A stretch of 64,000 bases of DNA from a phage: sequence record OR896157.1; one strand, 5' to 3'. Position 1 is the stretch's first letter. Every line of letters begins with the position of its first letter. Below are positions 51,659-61,120 of this stretch, piece by piece. The notes under the pieces were generated by a model that saw only the letters and a program-made list of their open reading frames with translations, was not told the DNA's origin and did not search any database. The translations under genes were made by a program, and so were the position numbers.

Positions 51659-52789
51659 TTAGATGTACTTAGCCGGAATGAACGGCTTAGAGTTCTTCAA
51701 GAACGCAGCGTTCAGCTTCGTGATGAGCTGGTCGTCATCAAGGTCTCCTGCATACATTTTCATGATGATACCGAAAATCTGAGGTAGACCCGCTGCGGCA
51801 GTAGCCGCTTGAGCATTTGCTGCATAAGTCTTACGATCTTTACCACGATGAGTAGAGTAGAAGTCTTGGCACAGTTTAAGAGCTGAACGAAGATAGTCTA
51901 AGTACTGGGTTTCAAAGGCATTAATCTTATCGATAGCTACTTTATCATTATCAAACATGCCACGAAGGTCATCAGCAGCATTGTTCACGATGCATTCAAA
52001 CAGACGTTGGTTGTTGATAATAGAATCCTTTGTGTGGTGTAGAGCACAATACCATTCTGTTTTCAGTTTGAAACGAAGACCATCTTCCATTACGCAAACA
52101 TAACCTTCAATTTGTTCTTCAGCACGAATCTTGGAAACGAAATCTCCATTAGGAACTTCAAATGCTTCTACCAGATACTTACGAAGAACTGGATGTGCCA
52201 AAAGGTCTTCGTAATCAATGTACTCACCTGTGTCATTTTCGCGAACGTTCAGAAGAATAAGCATCTTTTCATGGTAGTTCAGAACAATTCGGTTTTGTGG
52301 AGAACAGTATTCAAAGTTAGCAGTGAAACCATCTTTTGCTAAATCAATCAGAGCTTCAGCCAAATCCAGATGATCGATACTTGCCAGCATTGCAGAAGCT
52401 TCAACAGCCTGCTCAGATTTGATAGAAGTCTTAGACTTAAAGCGAATACGATTTTCACCGTCCAAATAAGTAGAAACCAAGGAGCCATCTTCTTTGGCTA
52501 ACATATACTTAATCTTAGAAAGGTCCAGATTCATAGTGAATGGAGTTTCATTAAGATTGAAGAACTTTTCCATTGGACGAGATGCGATACGCACCGGGGC
52601 ATCGTCTGAATCAAGTTCAAACATAATGCCACGACACTCTAATGCAGACGGCAGGAGCCAGTCAGAGTAAGATGCGTAATGGTAAGAAAACGTGCGATAT
52701 TTGTACCCCATTGGAGATACATCATCACAGTAGAAGAAACGAGTTTCATCGTTACATAGAGTCATGAGCTCATTGAATAATTTTTTCAC
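51659..52789 (-). CDS. rnlA: RNA ligase 1 (gp63, tail fibre attachment catalyst)
   Basis: KKLFNELMTLCNDETRFFYCDDVS...KEDGSL matches T4 Rnl1; first codon appears to be GTG overlapping denA stop (GTGA); 376 aa. Confidence 0.92.
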   Translation of the reverse strand: MKKLFNELMTLCNDETRFFYCDDVSPMGYKYRTFSYHYASYSDWLLPSALECRGIMFELDSDDAPVRIASRPMEKFFNLNETPFTMNLDLSKIKYMLAKEDGSLVSTYLDGENRIRFKSKTSIKSEQAVEASAMLASIDHLDLAEALIDLAKDGFTANFEYCSPQNRIVLNYHEKMLILLNVRENDTGEYIDYEDLLAHPVLRKYLVEAFEVPNGDFVSKIRAEEQIEGYVCVMEDGLRFKLKTEWYCALHHTKDSIINNQRLFECIVNNAADDLRGMFDNDKVAIDKINAFETQYLDYLRSALKLCQDFYSTHRGKDRKTYAANAQAATAAAGLPQIFGIIMKMYAGDLDDDQLITKLNAAFLKNSKPFIPAKYI

Positions 52790-53199
52790 TTTTTACCCTT
52801 ATGTTGAGTATTCCACGGAGGATTGAATTTTTTGATGAACATCGGTTCTTCAAGGTCCATCGTTGAGATTGACATTTCACCGAGTTCATTGTTTATCAGG
52901 AGATTAAAGCATTGTCGAGCATAGAAGCTAACAGTCTTTCCTGACATCAGAGCATCGTAAATCTTTGCTGATTTAGTTGAATCTGATGTCTGGTCTTTGC
53001 GATTAATCGCTGTCCTGTAATAATTTATTCTCTTTCTGAGATTCTTGGTCTTACCGATGTAGACCAACTCATTATCAACTGCTATTGCATAAACCACATT
53101 CAACTTGTTTGGAACTTGGACGTGGTCTATCGTACAATCCGGTAGCAGCTTCAGTTGAGTGTATTCTATAAAAGAAAACTCGTTAGCAATATCTTTCAT
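52786..53199 (-). CDS. denA: endonuclease II (GIY-YIG family)
   Basis: 137 aa vs 136 in T4; VVYAIAVDNELVYIGKTKNLRKRINYYR block nearly identical to T4 DenA. Confidence 0.9.
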   Translation of the reverse strand: MKDIANEFSFIEYTQLKLLPDCTIDHVQVPNKLNVVYAIAVDNELVYIGKTKNLRKRINYYRTAINRKDQTSDSTKSAKIYDALMSGKTVSFYARQCFNLLINNELGEMSISTMDLEEPMFIKKFNPPWNTQHKGKK

Positions 53200-53206
53200 A
53201 ACAGAA

Positions 53207-53220
53207 GGGCCCGAAGGCCC
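53207..53220 (-). terminator. GGGCC-UUCG-GGCCC hairpin between nrdB and denA
   Basis: Perfect stem with UUCG loop on the minus transcript. Confidence 0.5.
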
Positions 53221-53225
53221 TCTCC

Positions 53226-54401
53226 TTACAAATACTTTCTGAATTTCAACAGCACATCAGCATCTACATCGTTATCAATCTGTGCTACAAGGTAACTTGA
53301 GATTTCAACTTCTTGTGGAGCAGATTGTACCGCATCTGAGTTTAAGTATTCACGAATCCATGGGATTGGGTGACGAACAGGAGCGTCAGTAATCGGGCAT
53401 GGAAGACCACAGCTACGCATACGTGAAACAGTCAGATAGTCGATGAAGTCATGAAGGATTTTCACTGAAAGACCAGGAACTCCACCATCACGCCACAGAT
53501 GAACTGCCCATTCTTTTTCTTGGCGGTTGATTTCCATGAAGATATCAACGGCTTCTTGTTCGCATTCACGAGCAATCTGAACCCATTCTTCGCCATCAGT
53601 GCCAAGTTGAAGCTGACGAATAATGTACTGCGTGCCTTTCAGATGAAGCTGTTCATCGCGTGCAATGAACTTCATAATCTTGGAGTTACCTTCCATGATT
53701 TCCATGTTCTTATGGAAATTGAAGGTACATGCGAAAGATACGTAAAAACGAATTGCTTCAAGACCATTGATGACATGCAGACACAGATAAAGTGCTTTCA
53801 TTAGTTCACGTTTAGCATCAATGACATATCCTTCATACATTTCAATGTCATTTTGTTGGCATGAACCAAGAGATTCTTCATACCGCTCTTTAGCGTTTTC
53901 CCACAGACGAGTCTTCAGAATTACATCGTCATAATAATGACCAATTGTCTCAGCTCGTTTCATAATTGCTTCATCGAGAACAATCTCATCAAACACCTTT
54001 GCCGGGTCATTCAGCAGGTTACGCATGATGTGAGTATATGAACGAGAGTGAATCGTTTCAGAGAACGTCCAGGTCTGGTTCCATGTATCGAGTGATGGGT
54101 CAGAAATCAGAGCAGAAAGAACAGCAGCTGGAGCTCGGCCTTGGATTGAATCCAGAAGGCTTTGATATTTCAAATTATCAAGGAATACGTTTTGCTGGCC
54201 AACTGGAAGCTTTTCAAATTGAGCTCGGTCAGTCATCAGGTTAACTTCTTCAGGACGCCAGAAGAACGAGAGTTGTTTCTCAATCAATTCTTCAAATGTA
54301 CGGTGACGCTGAATATCATATCGTGCAATACCAAGCCCACTTCCGAAGAACATCGGCTCGGTCATCAAATCTACTTGTTGCGTATTAAAAACTGTGCTCA
54401 T
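53226..54401 (-). CDS. nrdB: aerobic ribonucleotide reductase small subunit, uninterrupted
   Basis: 391 aa vs 388 in T4 NrdB; continuous ORF, no intron. Confidence 0.95.
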   Translation of the reverse strand: MSTVFNTQQVDLMTEPMFFGSGLGIARYDIQRHRTFEELIEKQLSFFWRPEEVNLMTDRAQFEKLPVGQQNVFLDNLKYQSLLDSIQGRAPAAVLSALISDPSLDTWNQTWTFSETIHSRSYTHIMRNLLNDPAKVFDEIVLDEAIMKRAETIGHYYDDVILKTRLWENAKERYEESLGSCQQNDIEMYEGYVIDAKRELMKALYLCLHVINGLEAIRFYVSFACTFNFHKNMEIMEGNSKIMKFIARDEQLHLKGTQYIIRQLQLGTDGEEWVQIARECEQEAVDIFMEINRQEKEWAVHLWRDGGVPGLSVKILHDFIDYLTVSRMRSCGLPCPITDAPVRHPIPWIREYLNSDAVQSAPQEVEISSYLVAQIDNDVDADVLLKFRKYL

Positions 54402-54619
54402 TTAACTTCCTCAAATTCAAATTCAACATTCACCTGAGCAATAGCTTCAGCTGCGCAACGATAACCTTCAAGAAACATTGCAAGACTGTGATCGTCGTCG
54501 TTTACCATTAAAGGTGGAACTTCGTTTAATGCAGAACGAATGATGAATGTTTTCATTTGTTCGCCATTATTATAAACGGCATAAATGTCGTACCATTTTG
54601 CTTCTGTTCTGTGGCTCAT
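54398..54619 (-). CDS. hypothetical protein
   Basis: 73-aa ORF with ATGA overlap to nrdB. Confidence 0.5.
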   Translation of the reverse strand: MSHRTEAKWYDIYAVYNNGEQMKTFIIRSALNEVPPLMVNDDDHSLAMFLEGYRCAAEAIAQVNVEFEFEEVK

Positions 54620-54792
54620 AAATTGTATGTCCTATTAAGTAATTCTGACGTAACTTTAGTTGATTCTGAATAAATTCTAAACTCTTCGTCTAGCTTTTTA
54701 AGACGTTTTCTTAATTTTTCAATAAATTCAGGCGTCAACTCTATTGTTTTAACTATTTCCAAAAGTTCTTGAATACTCATAGTTTGCTTCAT
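54616..54792 (-). CDS. hypothetical protein
   Basis: 58 aa from ATG (MKQTMSIQELL...) with AGGAGG Shine-Dalgarno. Confidence 0.5.
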   Translation of the reverse strand: MKQTMSIQELLEIVKTIELTPEFIEKLRKRLKKLDEEFRIYSESTKVTSELLNRTYNL

Positions 54793-54804
54793 AAATCCTC
54801 CTAA

Positions 54805-54820
54805 GGACCATCCGTGGTCC
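54805..54820 (-). terminator. GGACCA-UCCG-UGGUCC hairpin after nrdA
   Basis: Perfect 6-bp inverted repeat 19 nt after nrdA stop. Confidence 0.45.
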
Positions 54821-54838
54821 AATTATAAACTGAAAGAA

Positions 54839-57094
54839 TTAAAGCTTACATGCAGAACAATCTTCGGCTTTTGGTTTTTCGATTTCGAAATCATCGTTAC
54901 CGGAACCATCACGAGTGTTATGATAGTACAATGTCTTACCACCAAAGTACCAGAAGTAAAGCAAGTCGTCCATCATAACAGACATTGGCACTTTACCTTT
55001 CTCATAATTCTGAGGGTCATAGTAAGTATTAGCTGATGCAGATTGGCATACCCACTTCAACATAATAGCTACTTGAGTCAGATAAGGCTTGTTACCCTGC
55101 TTAGCAAGTTTCCATGCATAATCATAGAGGTCAGCATTCAGTTCAACATTCGGAACTACTTGGTTGAAGCTTCCTTCTTTAGACTCTTTAATAGAGACTG
55201 GACCTCGTGGCGGCTCAATACCGTTTGTGCTGTTGGAAACCTGGGAGGAGGACTCACATGGCATGAGTGCGGACAATGTACTGTTACGGATGCCATATTG
55301 CTTGAGTTCTGCACGGAGTGCTTCCCAGTCACAAACGTAATTCGGGGCCGCGAGCTGGTCAATTCTTTTATTGTACCAGTCGATAGGTAATTCGCCTCGA
55401 GACCAACGAGTGTCTTTATAATACTCGCAAGGTCCTTTTTCTTTTGCAAGTTTAATTGATGCTTTGATAAGTGCATATTGCAGCCTTTCAAACAGTTCGT
55501 GAGTCAAGTCATTTGCATCAGCATATGTAGCAAAGTTATCTGCTAACCAAGCAGCGTAGTTTGTTACACCAACACCCAATGCTCGACGTTTAAGAGCTTT
55601 CAAAGCTTCTTTAACCGGATAACCTTGATAACTCAAGAGGTTGTCGAGTGCTCGGACTTGGACTTCTGCGAGCTCGTTAATAGTTTCTTGGTCTTGCCAA
55701 TCGAAGTTGCCGAGCACGAACGCAGACAACGTACACAGCGCAATTTCTGCGTCTTCTGAGTAGACGTCTTTAGTAGGTAACGCAATTTCTGCGCAGAGGT
55801 TCGATTGCTTAATCGTAGCCACATCACGAATAAAAGGACCATAATTACCAACGTTATCTACGAAGTAAGGGTAAATTCGAGCAGTGCCTGAACGCTCAGT
55901 TAAGAATAACTCAATCAGTTCACGAGCTTTGACACGCTTCTTACGAACATCTGGATTCTTTTCAAGAGCTTCATATTGTTCACGGAACGCAGCAGCATCT
56001 TTGAAATAGTTCTCATAAAGGCGACCAGCATCAATGTCCGGAGAGAACAGAGTGATGTAATCATCTTTAATCAGACGTTCAAACATCAGGTCGTTGATTT
56101 GAACACCGTAGTCCAAGTGACGAATTCGGTTTTCATCTACGCCTTTGTTGTTCTTGAGTACGAGGAGGTTTTCAACTTCCAAGTGCCAGATTGGATAGTA
56201 CAATGTCGCCGCGCCACCACGAACTCCGCCTTGGGAACAAGATTTAACTGCTGTTTGGATGTGTTTCCAGAAAGGAATAACTCCAGTATGCTTGACTTCT
56301 CCGAAGCCGATTTTTGAACCTTCTGCACGAATCATACCTGCGTTAATGCCGATACCAGCACGTTTAGAGATGTACTCTACAATTGATTCAGCAGATTTGT
56401 TAATTGATTTCAGTGAATCACCAGCTTCAATAACAACGCAAGAGCTGAATTGACGAGTAGGAGTACGAGCACCTGCCATAATAGGAGTAGGCAGAGAAAT
56501 TTTCTTAGTTGACACGGCATCATAAAAACGAATAGTGTTCACCAAACGATTTTCACCATCGTCCTGATGCAGAGTCATACCGATGAGCATGAATGCAAAC
56601 TGAGGAGTTTCGATGATTTGACCGGTGCTACGGTCTTTGACCAGGTATTTTTCAATGAGCTGCATTGTGCCAGCATACGTCATTTCAAAATCGCGATCAT
56701 GAACAATTTTACTTTCAAGCAGAGCAATTTCTTCAGCAGACCATTTGGCAAGAATTTCTTTGTCATATTTGTTGTGATTAACACCAAATGAAATCTGGTC
56801 AATAAACGAACGAGGTTCAAACTGCCCATAAACTTGCTTACGGAGATTGAACATCGCCAGATTACTTGCTACATATTGATAATCTGGTTCTTCAATTGAA
56901 ATCATTGAAGCTGCAACTTTAGTAGCTGCGCGTTGAATGTCATAAGTTGTCATTCCATCTTGTAGATGCGGAACGATAGCTTGATATAGCTCATATGGGT
57001 CAACTCGGGTGTTTTCACAACCCCATTCCAGAACTTTGATAAGTTTTTCTGGAGTAAATTCCTGAGAGGTACCACTGGACTTAATTACTTTCAT
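54839..57094 (-). CDS. nrdA: aerobic ribonucleotide reductase large subunit
   Basis: 751 aa vs 754 in T4 NrdA; C-terminal CxxC. Confidence 0.96.
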   Translation of the reverse strand: MKVIKSSGTSQEFTPEKLIKVLEWGCENTRVDPYELYQAIVPHLQDGMTTYDIQRAATKVAASMISIEEPDYQYVASNLAMFNLRKQVYGQFEPRSFIDQISFGVNHNKYDKEILAKWSAEEIALLESKIVHDRDFEMTYAGTMQLIEKYLVKDRSTGQIIETPQFAFMLIGMTLHQDDGENRLVNTIRFYDAVSTKKISLPTPIMAGARTPTRQFSSCVVIEAGDSLKSINKSAESIVEYISKRAGIGINAGMIRAEGSKIGFGEVKHTGVIPFWKHIQTAVKSCSQGGVRGGAATLYYPIWHLEVENLLVLKNNKGVDENRIRHLDYGVQINDLMFERLIKDDYITLFSPDIDAGRLYENYFKDAAAFREQYEALEKNPDVRKKRVKARELIELFLTERSGTARIYPYFVDNVGNYGPFIRDVATIKQSNLCAEIALPTKDVYSEDAEIALCTLSAFVLGNFDWQDQETINELAEVQVRALDNLLSYQGYPVKEALKALKRRALGVGVTNYAAWLADNFATYADANDLTHELFERLQYALIKASIKLAKEKGPCEYYKDTRWSRGELPIDWYNKRIDQLAAPNYVCDWEALRAELKQYGIRNSTLSALMPCESSSQVSNSTNGIEPPRGPVSIKESKEGSFNQVVPNVELNADLYDYAWKLAKQGNKPYLTQVAIMLKWVCQSASANTYYDPQNYEKGKVPMSVMMDDLLYFWYFGGKTLYYHNTRDGSGNDDFEIEKPKAEDCSACKL

Positions 57095-57392
57095 GCAAAT
57101 CCTCTAGCGTAAATGTGTCTTTGAATAGTCTGTTTACTATATGAGCTATTATATCACCATGGCAAGCTTTAGGTTTACAAGTGCATCCTAATCTCATTCC
57201 ACGGAGGGTCTCCAAGTGCTCACGTTTTATTTCACCACTCCTAATACGCTTAATGAAGTCCTCTTTAAAGGCTTCAATGGCAGCCTCCCGGCTGCCAGCA
57301 TTTTTACCAACGTCATTACCCCACATTGTACCTCGTTGGATATTAACGTCGAAATCGGAATGGTATTTATTAACCACTCGACAAGCTCTCAT
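57081..57392 (-). CDS. hypothetical protein with CxC-x4-CHGD motif (nrdA.1-like position)
   Basis: 103-aa ORF; motif RLGCTCKPKACHGDII. Confidence 0.55.
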   Translation of the reverse strand: MRACRVVNKYHSDFDVNIQRGTMWGNDVGKNAGSREAAIEAFKEDFIKRIRSGEIKREHLETLRGMRLGCTCKPKACHGDIIAHIVNRLFKDTFTLEDLHESN

Positions 57393-57622
57393 TTAACTTC
57401 CACAATAAACCATGTATCATGAATTAATTGATTAGATTCAAGTCCGAATTCTTCAAAACCGTGCGCTTTTTCGTATGCATGGACAACGTTACGAACATAG
57501 AGACGCGCTCCACGAACTTGAATAATTGAACCGACCTTTGGAATTTCAGAATCACGGATGTTATAAACTTCTGCGATAGGGTCTTCTTCATTATTTTGAA
57601 TTACAATTCTAAGATGTGGCAT
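57389..57622 (-). CDS. hypothetical protein (nrdA.2-like position)
   Basis: 77-aa ORF with ATGA overlap. Confidence 0.5.
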   Translation of the reverse strand: MPHLRIVIQNNEEDPIAEVYNIRDSEIPKVGSIIQVRGARLYVRNVVHAYEKAHGFEEFGLESNQLIHDTWFIVEVK

Positions 57623-57810
57623 TATGCTTTACTCACAATAACAACGCGTTCAGTAGATTCACCAACAATTTCAATGTGATGAGCCAGAACTATATGAAAA
57701 TAGCCATTAATCATAATAGAAGAGTTTAATTTGAAGTCAGCATCGCACAGTTGCTCATCAGTTTGAGCATAAACGATACTTCCCAAAGCATTTGTAAATT
57801 TAGTAATCAT
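57622..57810 (-). CDS. hypothetical protein
   Basis: 62-aa ORF with TAATG overlap upstream and ATGA overlap with td. Confidence 0.45.
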   Translation of the reverse strand: MITKFTNALGSIVYAQTDEQLCDADFKLNSSIMINGYFHIVLAHHIEIVGESTERVVIVSKA

Positions 57811-58667
57811 ACAGCCATTTTTCCTTTGATTGTTGGGTGACTTTCATAGTTAACTAACTTGAAGTCTTCGATAACAGCAAATCGGTTTATCCACTTAAGC
57901 TGAGATGAAGTTTGCCAGCGCTCAAACTCAATTGGAAAATCAATTTCAAGCTCACAGAGTTCTTTTGGCTCTCGACGAAGAATTTCTTCGCACTGCTCAA
58001 TATGATTTGAGTAGATGTGAGTGTTGCCCCCAGTAAATATCAAATGACCAGGTTTTAAGCCAGTCATTTTAGCTACGATATGAATCAAAGCAGCATATGA
58101 TGCAATATTGAATGGTAGACCAAGGAATACATCTACCGACCTCTGGTACCACTGGAGGTCCAGAAACCCATTGCGTACGTTAAACTGATATATCATATGG
58201 CATGGTGGAAGCGCCATCTTAGGGATGTCTAGAGGGTTCCAGGCAGTCACAATTTGACGACGGTCATTAGGCAGTTCTTTAATTCGGTCAATAACCAAAG
58301 TCAATTGGTCAACACCCATAAAGTCTCGCCATTGCTTACCGTAGACAGGACCAAGCTCACCATCAACGTATCCCATTGAACGAGCTTGATTTTCGTAATT
58401 GTCGTCCCAGACAGTTTTACCATTTGTCGGAGAACCATGCTGACGAAGACGTAAATCGTTTACATTTGTTGAACCAGATAGGAACCACAAAAGTTCTGCA
58501 ATACATGCTTTCCAGGCAAGCTTCTTAGTAGTTACTGCTGGAAAACCTTGTTGCAAATCAAAACGAAGCTGAGTGCCAAACACAGCACAAGTGCCAGTTC
58601 CTGTGCGGTCATCAGTCACGTAACCTTCATCAAAGATATGCTGAATTAGCTGTTGATATTGTTTCAT
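57807..58667 (-). CDS. td: thymidylate synthase, uninterrupted
   Basis: 286 aa, same as T4 Td; continuous ORF, no intron or intron-encoded endonuclease. Confidence 0.96.
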   Translation of the reverse strand: MKQYQQLIQHIFDEGYVTDDRTGTGTCAVFGTQLRFDLQQGFPAVTTKKLAWKACIAELLWFLSGSTNVNDLRLRQHGSPTNGKTVWDDNYENQARSMGYVDGELGPVYGKQWRDFMGVDQLTLVIDRIKELPNDRRQIVTAWNPLDIPKMALPPCHMIYQFNVRNGFLDLQWYQRSVDVFLGLPFNIASYAALIHIVAKMTGLKPGHLIFTGGNTHIYSNHIEQCEEILRREPKELCELEIDFPIEFERWQTSSQLKWINRFAVIEDFKLVNYESHPTIKGKMAV

Positions 58668-59014
58668 TATTTTCCTGGGCGAAAGAAGATTTCACGGCCT
58701 TGTTTATCAAACCGACCAAAAACAGTCATCGTATTACCAGTGATGACTACATTACCTTTAGCAATATGATGAATTGTTTGACGAGTGTTCATCATAATTT
58801 TAACACCTAAGCCACGAGCAATTCTGATGCCTTCATCAGCTGCCCAAGTGTCATTGATTTCAACATCAATGCGATACAATCCATGTGGAATTGTTTTGTA
58901 TAACTCAGGCTTTCGCTTATATTGCTCAATAGTAGGAGCATTACCCTCGATTACTAAAGCCCAGTTTTTCTGGGTCTCTTCTTGTAACAGAGTCAAATGA
59001 TTATTGATTTTCAT
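58667..59014 (-). CDS. hypothetical protein, paralogue B of a tandem pair inserted between frd and td
   Basis: 115 aa from internal ATG; shares LTLLQEETQKNW, HGLYRIDVEIND and NVVITGNTMTVFGRFDKQGREIFFRP blocks with the upstream ORF. Confidence 0.5.
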   Translation of the reverse strand: MKINNHLTLLQEETQKNWALVIEGNAPTIEQYKRKPELYKTIPHGLYRIDVEINDTWAADEGIRIARGLGVKIMMNTRQTIHHIAKGNVVITGNTMTVFGRFDKQGREIFFRPGK

Positions 59015-59321
59015 ATTGTTCTTCCAACGGATTGAAGAATACTTGACTTCCGCTTTTAAAGAAGTCTCCAATCATTGTAACATAGCCATTTGAAAAGCTA
59101 ACATTACCATTCATTGAAGCAAGTAGCACTGATTTCATTGAACGACAAAGTTCAATTGGGTTATTTCCATTGCTATCATAGATAGTGTACTCTGCATTAC
59201 GATACTCTCTGATATCTTCAATCGCAAAGGATAACTCATACACACCGTGAACTTTATTCCAGTTCTTCCATTTCTTTTGAGTTTTATAGGTCTCTAACAG
59301 ACGAAGATTATACCCTTTCAT
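59001..59321 (-). CDS. hypothetical protein, paralogue A of a tandem pair inserted between frd and td
   Basis: 106-aa ORF with GGAG Shine-Dalgarno; start overlaps frd 3' end; LRLLETYKTQKKW, HGVYELSFAIED, NVSFSNGYVTMIGDFFKSGSQVFFNP. Confidence 0.55.
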   Translation of the reverse strand: MKGYNLRLLETYKTQKKWKNWNKVHGVYELSFAIEDIREYRNAEYTIYDSNGNNPIELCRSMKSVLLASMNGNVSFSNGYVTMIGDFFKSGSQVFFNPLEEQYENQ

Positions 59322-59901
59322 AGACAGTCTCCGTTAATGAAGTTAGTTCATCACAACGAACCCAAGACGTTTCTACCATTTGAAACGCATTTTCCCATGC
59401 CGGATATGAAATAAAGCTCATGTCCAGAGTGACATCAGAGTTAACCCGATGTTTCTTCTGTATTGACGTTTGGATAATACGGTCTGCGTATGGCTGAGCC
59501 GTCTCTAGAATCCTCTTGCCACCAATAACAGAATAGTTATCATTCGGAAGAAGACGAATACGAATGCCACCGTGATTTGTGTAGTAGTTATTGGTTTTGT
59601 CAAGGAAAGCTTTAAATTCTTCTGGACTCATGTAGCCGTCGGGAAATAAACCATCTTTTGCTTGAGCAAATGGACGATTCATATCTTGTACAACAATGCA
59701 CTTGCGGCCTTTAAGGGCAGTAGGCATGCTCATCCAAGTTTTTGCACCCATGATAACGACAGTGTCTTTGGTACGTTTTGCAAAGTTCTGCATATCACGC
59801 TTGATATGACCCCACGGCAATCCGTCTTTAAGACCAAAAGCATATTCGTTTTGACCATTAACTGTCTTGGTTCCACAATAAGCATATACAAGTTGTAGCA
59901 T
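59308..59901 (-). CDS. frd: dihydrofolate reductase
   Basis: Start MLQLVYAYCGTKTVNGQNEYAFGLKDGLPWG (T4 Frd [31 protein letters not shown]); AGGAAA Shine-Dalgarno; 197 aa. Confidence 0.92.
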   Translation of the reverse strand: MLQLVYAYCGTKTVNGQNEYAFGLKDGLPWGHIKRDMQNFAKRTKDTVVIMGAKTWMSMPTALKGRKCIVVQDMNRPFAQAKDGLFPDGYMSPEEFKAFLDKTNNYYTNHGGIRIRLLPNDNYSVIGGKRILETAQPYADRIIQTSIQKKHRVNSDVTLDMSFISYPAWENAFQMVETSWVRCDELTSLTETVYERV

Positions 59902-60113
59902 TATGATTTCCTGCATTTAATGAGAGCATTGTAAAGACGGCGCGTAAATTCAATATTAGCTTCACGACCAATGCGAGATAAAAAGTTTTTAGTCATATCA
60001 TCATATGACTGTTTTAGCCCAGTCGTAATATTATCAACGGCTTCATTATAACCGTCTTTACGAGCTTTGGCTTTAGCTTCTTCAAACTCTTCAAGAGTCA
60101 TTGTGATTTGCAT
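59901..60113 (-). CDS. hypothetical early protein (frd.1-like position)
   Basis: 70 aa from internal ATG with GAGG Shine-Dalgarno; TAATG overlap with frd. Confidence 0.45.
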   Translation of the reverse strand: MQITMTLEEFEEAKAKARKDGYNEAVDNITTGLKQSYDDMTKNFLSRIGREANIEFTRRLYNALIKCRKS

Positions 60114-60191
60114 TAACCTTGCCTCATTCCGCATTTGATACAACGACCACCAGCAAACATCAGATTAGTCCCGCAATACTTGCATTCCCAA

Positions 60192-60515
60192 TCAGAAAGA
60201 ATTCGAATCATAACCAGCAGCCCTTACAAGACGACGCATCATTTCCATTCCATCTTCAACAGCACCAGCGAGTTCTTCAAATGCAGTTTTAGTGAAGATG
60301 AAAGCCGCACCTACTTTCTGACGCTGAAGATAACCGTTGATGATTTGGTCATCCAGCGGGAAGGTGCCATATCCAGTTTCAATTATGCCTGACACTCGGT
60401 TACCACGGGAGTGTGGGTCATACTCCATAGTAATCCAAGATACACCTGGAAAATTCTCAAACTGACAACGTACTTTAACTTTAGGATATGCAATTGAGTG
60501 AATATCGTTAGACAT
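60192..60515 (-). CDS. hypothetical early protein
   Basis: 107-aa ORF with TAATG overlap upstream. Confidence 0.55.
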   Translation of the reverse strand: MSNDIHSIAYPKVKVRCQFENFPGVSWITMEYDPHSRGNRVSGIIETGYGTFPLDDQIINGYLQRQKVGAAFIFTKTAFEELAGAVEDGMEMMRRLVRAAGYDSNSF

Positions 60516-60799
60516 TATTTTGGCTCCTTTTTAGCAATTTTCCAGGCAGCTTTGAAAGCTTCGACTTCAGAAATTTCAATCCAAAAACCGCTACCAAAGC
60601 CATCGTTATAGCAGGGACAGCCATCGCAGTAATGGTCCCAAGTAAGTACCAGACCATCACCACGAACAGCACCAGTTTCCATTTCGCGAAGGCGGTCTTC
60701 AGCAGCTTCAATAGCTTCCGGGTCATTCCCTTCGATGATAAAGTACCACTTGCCATTGTATTCACTTCCGAGTTTAATTGATTGACGTTGAAGTTTCAT
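60515..60799 (-). CDS. hypothetical early protein with CDGCPC motif
   Basis: 94 aa from ATG (MKLQRQSIKLG...) with AAGGAG Shine-Dalgarno directly downstream of a conserved early promoter. Confidence 0.55.
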   Translation of the reverse strand: MKLQRQSIKLGSEYNGKWYFIIEGNDPEAIEAAEDRLREMETGAVRGDGLVLTWDHYCDGCPCYNDGFGSGFWIEISEVEAFKAAWKIAKKEPK

Positions 60800-60826
60800 T
60801 TTATTCTCCTTTGTTTTGATAGGGCT

Positions 60827-60856
60827 ATAGTAACACACCATAGCCCTGATGTAAAC
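60827..60856 (-). promoter_or_regulatory. T4-type early promoter
   Basis: Minus strand GTTTAC-N14-GTGT-TACTAT; -10 flanked by inverted repeat AGGGCTAT/ATAGCCCT. Confidence 0.55.
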
Positions 60857-60858
60857 GG

Positions 60859-61107
60859 TTAGTCGTCTACTTTTAGCAACTTTTTGAAAGCATCAAATGA
60901 TTTCATGTGCTTTGGTTCAAGATACACATGCTTAACCATCTTGCCTTCAAGGGAGAAGACTTCAACTACCATGTCATAACACTCGTCTTCAACGAGATGC
61001 ATGCATTTTGGAGTACAAGCTTTGTCAAACAACTGAACCAAGTTGTTGCCAGCCCAGATGTTTTTGCTGCCGTCATAGCTATAATCTTCAGAAAGAACAT
61101 AAAACAT
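60859..61107 (-). CDS. hypothetical early protein
   Basis: 82 aa from ATG (MFYVLSEDY...) with GGAG Shine-Dalgarno. Confidence 0.5.
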   Translation of the reverse strand: MFYVLSEDYSYDGSKNIWAGNNLVQLFDKACTPKCMHLVEDECYDMVVEVFSLEGKMVKHVYLEPKHMKSFDAFKKLLKVDD

Positions 61108-61120
61108 TTTAATCTCCAAA

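Noticed and set aside
60508-60765. 85-aa minus-strand ORF
   Set aside because: Alternative frame of the 94-aa ORF (60515-60799), which has a promoter and Shine-Dalgarno
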